A stretch of 64,000 bases of DNA from an uncultured Acidobacteriota bacterium (GTDB lineage: Bacteria; Acidobacteriota; Terriglobia; UBA7540): positions 768,001-832,000 of the forward strand of contig CAWDSK010000005.1 of NCBI GenBank assembly GCA_963804995.1. The letters run 5' to 3'. Position numbers and translations under genes: made by a program. Below are positions 59,294 to 64,000 of the stretch, one piece after another (within the stretch, counting starts at the first letter, position 1; the number at the start of each line of letters is the position of its first letter). Below the pieces are notes generated by a model, which saw only the letters and a program-made list of their open reading frames with translations, was not told where the DNA came from and searched no databases.

Positions 59294-61711
59294 ATGGGCA
59301 CACTACTCCAAGATCTGCGTTTCGGCCTGCGCCAGCTCAAGCACAATCCTGGCTTCACAGTCGTGGCGGTTCTAACTCTGGCCCTCGGTATCGGCGGGAA
59401 TGTGGCCGTGTTCAGCCTGCTTGACACGGTCTTGTTGCGTCCGCTTCCTTACTCACACCCTGAGCGCCTGTACATGTTTTTCCCATATGAGAAGAATCCC
59501 GAGAACGCCATGGTCGCGTTGTCGTACCCCAATTTCCAGGACTGGCATCAACAGAGCCACACCTTTGAGGCCATGGCCGGGTATCACGAAGAATCTTTCA
59601 ACCTGACCGGCACGACAGAACCCGAACGCTTGGATGGCCTATATAGCACGCCGGGGCTCTTTGCCCTGTTGGGAATTCCCCCGTTGTTGGGTCGTGAGTT
59701 TGGCCCCCATGACGACCCACACGTTGTCCTGGTGACCTACGAGTTGTGGCATCGGCGGTTCGGCGGCATTGCCGGGATTCTTGGCAAGACTATCCATTTG
59801 GAGGGAAGGGCGTACACGGTGCTGGGGGTCCTACCTCCGCATTTCAGTTTTCCACCGCAACGGTGGGGACGCGCGCCCGAGATTTTCGTGCCGGCCATTC
59901 CGAACCCCGACCGTGGCTGGCATTACTTGCGGGTGATCGGACGCCTTGCCCCCGGCGTCACCGAGCAGCAAGCCAGGGCGGAGATGAGCGGAATCTGCGC
60001 CCGACTTGCCCAAGCCTATCCCGATACCGACCGCGACCTGGGAGTTGTGGTTAATTCGCTTAACCAGGAGGTCGTTGGGGGTGTGCGCCAGACGGTGTGG
60101 TTGCTGCTCGGGGCCGTGGCTTTCGTGCTGCTCATCGCGTGCACCAACGTGGCCAACCTGTTGCTCTCTCAAGGTGCCACGCGGGAGCGCGAAATCGCCA
60201 TCCGAAGCGCGGTGGGAGCGACGCGCTTACGTATTGTCCGGCAGTTACTCACCGAAAGCCTGCTGCTGGCAGGCATAGGGGGCGCGCTGGGTGTCGGGCT
60301 GGCATATTGGGCATTACCCTTGCTGGCCTCGGCCATGCCCCAACACACCGGCCTTTTCACGCGGGTTCATGATGCCGGCATCGAACTCAACTCCAACGTA
60401 TTCATTTTCACGGCGCTTCTTTCCGTGCTGTCCTGCGCTCTATGTGGATTGTTGCCTGCTTGGAGAACCACCAAGCCCCTACGAAGCTCCTGGACGGGCG
60501 TTCGTACAGGCCGGATTCGCGGCGCACTGATCGGGCTGGAAGTGGCGTTGTCCTTCGTCTTGCTGGCAGGAGCCGGCTTGATGATGAAAAGCTTGGTCCG
60601 CTTGCTGGAAGTTGACGTCGGGTTCCGAACGGAACGGCTGTTGACCATGGACGTTAATCTGGCGGGTGATAAGTACGCTTCCCGGGAGAACCAGGCGGCC
60701 TTCTTTGGACAGGTGCTGAAACGGTTCGAATCTCTGCCGTCCGTGGCCTCGGTGGGCGCGATTGTGGATTTACCGATGACGCGGACGTGGAATCGGAGTG
60801 GCTTCGAGATTCCCGGGCCCCACCCGAGGCAAGGGGTGACAGTCTATCATGCCGTGAGCCCTAATTACTTCTATACCATGGGAATACCGCTGTTGAACGG
60901 GAGAGAGCTTCTCGCCACCGACTCCGCTCACTCGCCCCTGGTCGGTTTGATCAACCGCAGCATGGCTCAGAAGTACTGGCCGAATGAAAATCCGATTGGT
61001 AGAACCATCGTAGCCTCCCACGCCGTTGTGGTTTCGACTGCGAAAGGGTCCAACGTCGAGTTCAAACCCCAGGAGCTGGAGATCGTTGGAATCGTGGGTG
61101 ACGTTCGGCAGCTCGCCCTGGAAGCGCCGCCTGTCCCTGAACTGTTCATACCGTATACGCAGTGGCCCTCGAATGAGATGTCCCTGGTGCTGCGGACTGG
61201 CTCCGAAACCTCCTCTCTGATCCCTGCGGTCAAGAAAGAGATTTGGCGAGTGGACCCCGACCAGCCAGTCACCGATATTAGGACCATGGATGAACTGGTT
61301 TCGACCGAAGCGGCCGGGAGACGGTTTGTGCTGGAATTGATTGGAGTGTTTGCAGCAATCGCCCTGGTGCTGGCGGCAGTAGGGATCTACGGCGTGGTTT
61401 CCTACGGCACGCGGCAGCGCACGCATGAAATCGGCATCCGCATGGCCCTTGGCGCTAGAGCACAACAGATTTTATGGCTGGTCGCCGGCCAAAACGCCAA
61501 GTGGATACTAATTGGGATCACCACCGGTGTTGCCAGTGCTTTCGCCTTAACACGACTCCTGGCGGCATACCTCTATGCGGTTCGACCCACCGACCCGCTG
61601 ACGTTTGTGGCTGTCGCGTTGCTACTGCTCGCCGTGGCGTTACTGGCCGTCTATCTTCCCGCCCGCCGGGCGACGAAAGTCGATCCCATCGTGGCGCTGA
61701 GGTATGAATAG
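59294..61711 (+). CDS. ADOP-type duplicated MacB/FtsX ABC permease 4
   Basis: Same motif set as permease 1; ends DPIVALRYE. Confidence 0.93.
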   Translation: MGTLLQDLRFGLRQLKHNPGFTVVAVLTLALGIGGNVAVFSLLDTVLLRPLPYSHPERLYMFFPYEKNPENAMVALSYPNFQDWHQQSHTFEAMAGYHEESFNLTGTTEPERLDGLYSTPGLFALLGIPPLLGREFGPHDDPHVVLVTYELWHRRFGGIAGILGKTIHLEGRAYTVLGVLPPHFSFPPQRWGRAPEIFVPAIPNPDRGWHYLRVIGRLAPGVTEQQARAEMSGICARLAQAYPDTDRDLGVVVNSLNQEVVGGVRQTVWLLLGAVAFVLLIACTNVANLLLSQGATREREIAIRSAVGATRLRIVRQLLTESLLLAGIGGALGVGLAYWALPLLASAMPQHTGLFTRVHDAGIELNSNVFIFTALLSVLSCALCGLLPAWRTTKPLRSSWTGVRTGRIRGALIGLEVALSFVLLAGAGLMMKSLVRLLEVDVGFRTERLLTMDVNLAGDKYASRENQAAFFGQVLKRFESLPSVASVGAIVDLPMTRTWNRSGFEIPGPHPRQGVTVYHAVSPNYFYTMGIPLLNGRELLATDSAHSPLVGLINRSMAQKYWPNENPIGRTIVASHAVVVSTAKGSNVEFKPQELEIVGIVGDVRQLALEAPPVPELFIPYTQWPSNEMSLVLRTGSETSSLIPAVKKEIWRVDPDQPVTDIRTMDELVSTEAAGRRFVLELIGVFAAIALVLAAVGIYGVVSYGTRQRTHEIGIRMALGARAQQILWLVAGQNAKWILIGITTGVASAFALTRLLAAYLYAVRPTDPLTFVAVALLLLAVALLAVYLPARRATKVDPIVALRYE

Positions 61712-62099
61712 AGCTGTCAGCTCTCAGCTATCAGCGGTCAGCCAAAGTAACGCAGCGCCCCGATGCATCGGGGCGGTTCTTCCTGTGTCATGTGAGCGAA
61801 CATATCGTGGCGTGGCACAGCGGCCCGGGTTGGAGATTTGCGGGTTGTGCCGAGGAAGGATCGCGGACCCCAAAGGCGGGGGACCGCGCTACGAAACCCA
61901 CCGCCTCACCCCCGGTCCGTCTCCCCTAATGCGGCGAGGAGAAAAGTCGGATACCTAGCCCTCTCCCGTGGGGAGAGGGTGGACCGCTGCCGGCGTTTTC
62001 ACCAGCCGGAGCGGGACGGGTGAGGGGTCTTTCCAGCGGTTCGTCCGTGAATGACAAAAAAATCCGCGGGCCTCAACCACCGGTCCGCGCTACACTCTC

Positions 62100-62198
62100 T
62101 TGGTAACGTTTAACGGGCGGGATTTCGGAACGGCGCCATCGCAGTTTGGAGTGGAAGTCCTGCTCCCGCGCGAAGCGATTGGGAGGATCAAGCCATGA
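62100..62198 (+). pseudogene. 3' remnant of a PIN-domain toxin gene
   Basis: Reads LVTFNGRDFGTAPSQFGVEVLLPREAIGRIKP*. Its stop overlaps the antitoxin ATG (ATGA). Confidence 0.7.
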
Positions 62199-62476
62199 GG
62201 GCAACCAAAACTTATCCGCTGCGACTCCCCCAGTCGCTCAAGGACACGGTTGAGAGGCTGAGCCGCGAGGATGGAACCAGCATCAATCAGTTCGTGGCCA
62301 CGGCGGTGGCGGAAAAGGTCTCAGCCCTGCGCACTGCCCGGTATTTCGAGGATCGGAAAGCCCGGGCCGATTTCCAAGCCTTCGACAAGATTATGCGGCG
62401 CCGGCGCGGAAAACCTCCTCGCGAAGGGGATGAAATGCCGGGGCGCAAAATGGGGCCGGCACGACGCGGAAAGTAA
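62195..62476 (+). CDS. Ribbon-helix-helix (HicB-like) antitoxin
   Basis: Reads YPLRLPQSLK...DGTSINQFVATAVAEKVSAL. GGAGG RBS. Confidence 0.85.
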   Translation: MRATKTYPLRLPQSLKDTVERLSREDGTSINQFVATAVAEKVSALRTARYFEDRKARADFQAFDKIMRRRRGKPPREGDEMPGRKMGPARRGK

Positions 62477-62696
62477 CGCGGCACAGCAGAGCCGGAACCA
62501 AACGAAAGCTGGTGTCGTAGTTGGGGGCGAGTCCGCTCGTCGCATGGGGTCTTTCCCGCTGTTCTTCCGCAATTGAAAATGAAAAGCCGCGGACCTCAAC
62601 AACCGGTCCGCGCTAGCATACTTGTCAACACCACCCCGGCGCTCAGCGCGCCACCCCTCCTCATCTGAGGCGGGGAGTCGTACGGGCACGGCATCC

Positions 62697-62824
62697 GAAG
62701 GTGTGAAAAAATACCATTTTCACCGCTGAGTCGCTGAGACGCAGAGAAATGACCCTTTGTTTTCAAACCTCAGCGCCTCCGCGTCTCCGCGGTGAAAGGT
62801 TTGATAGGATTTTTTCACAGCTTC
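62697..62824 (-). mobile_element. 128-bp MITE, copy 2
   Basis: Reverse complement of 31556-31683 with 5 mismatches. The TSD is TCC (GGA on the other strand). Confidence 0.85.
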
Positions 62825-62886
62825 TCCCGATCAAAACCATCGGGACAGGTGGCGTGCCAGTACAGGGGAATATCCGCCATTCATTA

Positions 62887-63534
62887 TTACTTCCGAGGTT
62901 CAGCCACAAACCCTAGGTAGGCGTTGATCAGACCCATAATTTCGTGGACCACGGCTTCCACATCCTGAGTGGTGCGCCACCAGTGGTCAGGGTCGCTCGG
63001 TTCAGAAGGAGCATAGCGCAGGATGGCCTGGGGGTGATCACCGACGACGAGGCGCCAGATTTTCCTCGACCGGCGAGTGTGGACGGGCGAGGTTACCAGG
63101 ATGATCCTGTCTCCACCCTGGCGATGCAACTCATCCCGAAGCAGTTCGAATTCGCTCCTGGTATTCGTGGCCGGAGGCTCCAGGACGCGGATGGCCGTCT
63201 TGGGAACCCCCAGGCGTTCCAGCACCTGCTCATCGTATTCGTGTTCGGCCGTCTGGTGAACCCCGAGTTTCAATAAGGCTTCGTAGGCCGCGGAGGGCTC
63301 TTCCATGAACAACCACACTTCGGGGGCCAACCCCTGCCGATAAATTTGTGCCGCCTCCATGGAGCGGAAGGGCAAGCGGCCGGAGAGAACTACAATGGCG
63401 CGCGCCGGTTGGAGAGTGTCCTGCACCACCAGCCAGCGGCCCACATTACGGAAGGTCCAGAATCCCACGCCGGCCAGGAGCGCCAGCACGGCGAGCAGGA
63501 TTAGTAAGCGTCGTCCTATGATTTTTGCCGTCAT
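62887..63534 (-). CDS. YdcF/DUF218 family membrane-anchored protein
   Basis: N-terminal TM, AIVVLSG, NTRSE, ILVTSPVHTRR and HE. Confidence 0.85.
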   Translation of the reverse strand: MTAKIIGRRLLILLAVLALLAGVGFWTFRNVGRWLVVQDTLQPARAIVVLSGRLPFRSMEAAQIYRQGLAPEVWLFMEEPSAAYEALLKLGVHQTAEHEYDEQVLERLGVPKTAIRVLEPPATNTRSEFELLRDELHRQGGDRIILVTSPVHTRRSRKIWRLVVGDHPQAILRYAPSEPSDPDHWWRTTQDVEAVVHEIMGLINAYLGFVAEPRK

Positions 63535-63551
63535 GCTTGCTTCCAGCTACC

Positions 63552-64000
63552 CTACTTGCTCTTCATCACGTAAACACCGTCCCAACTGCCTTCGGGGGGC
63601 TGGACAAAGAGGTCATGGCAGCGCTTCAGGAAAACGTGGCTGGGGGCGTCCTGCGGATGGTCGCGAGCTAGATCCTCGAAGATCTCGATGGCCGTCTTCC
63701 ATTGACCGCTCCGGTAGGCTTCGAGACCCTTCTCAAAGCGGCCCACCAAATCGCTGTAGCGGGGCAAGTCTCCTGTGAGGCCCAGCAGTTCGTATACCTT
63801 GACCGGCTGTAGTTTCCCTTTCACTCGAATCAGGTCCAACTCGCGCGCCACCACTTGATCCTTCACGTGCGCGAAAGTGCTCTCACTGATGATGAGATTG
63901 GTTCCGAACTGTTTGTTGATGCCTTCCAGGCGCGAGGCCAGGTTGACGCTGTCGCCCATGATGGTGAAATTGAATCGTCTTTTCGATCCCATGTTTCCCA
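63552..64000 (-). CDS. Class III adenylate/guanylate cyclase, C-terminal part (5' end outside the window)
   Basis: GNMGSKRRFNFTIMGDSVNLASRLEG, VKGK, a TPR-like tail and WDGVYVMKSK. Confidence 0.9.
   Translation of the reverse strand, partial: GNMGSKRRFNFTIMGDSVNLASRLEGINKQFGTNLIISESTFAHVKDQVVARELDLIRVKGKLQPVKVYELLGLTGDLPRYSDLVGRFEKGLEAYRSGQWKTAIEIFEDLARDHPQDAPSHVFLKRCHDLFVQPPEGSWDGVYVMKSK

Overview
This GC-rich bacterial window is most likely from Acidobacteriota. That is an inference from four duplicated MacB/FtsX 'ADOP' permeases, an Oar-like TonB-dependent receptor and a wHTH-TolB-TPR regulator. Most of 1.9-47.4 kb is a carbohydrate-utilisation region. It holds many Tat-signalled Gfo/Idh/MocA oxidoreductases and xylose-isomerase-like TIM barrels, a ThuA-like protein, a DegT aminotransferase, FGGY and ROK kinases, NanE, AldA, GH39/GH43/DUF4038-like hydrolases and a TonB receptor. 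An accessory patch at about 23-32 kb interrupts it with vapBC, gene remnants, an IS1380 fragment and dense REP/MITE clusters. After this come a probable ~977-aa GlmU-like nucleotidyltransferase/GHMP-kinase fusion, four tandem ADOP permeases, a decayed toxin-antitoxin pair, YdcF and an adenylate cyclase. About ten +1 single-base frameshifts share similar contexts and look like sequencing errors, and two genes have in-frame stops. The most unusual non-coding signals are three tandem sigma28-like promoter plus conserved-leader units with no downstream gene (candidate sRNA array, 31.8-32.2 kb), a 128-bp MITE that inserts into REPs at GGA^TGCC (2 copies), and a 744-bp TIR-bounded element carrying a near-consensus sigma70 promoter. 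No rRNA, tRNA or CRISPR array was seen. All family assignments come from motif recognition by eye, not from database searches.
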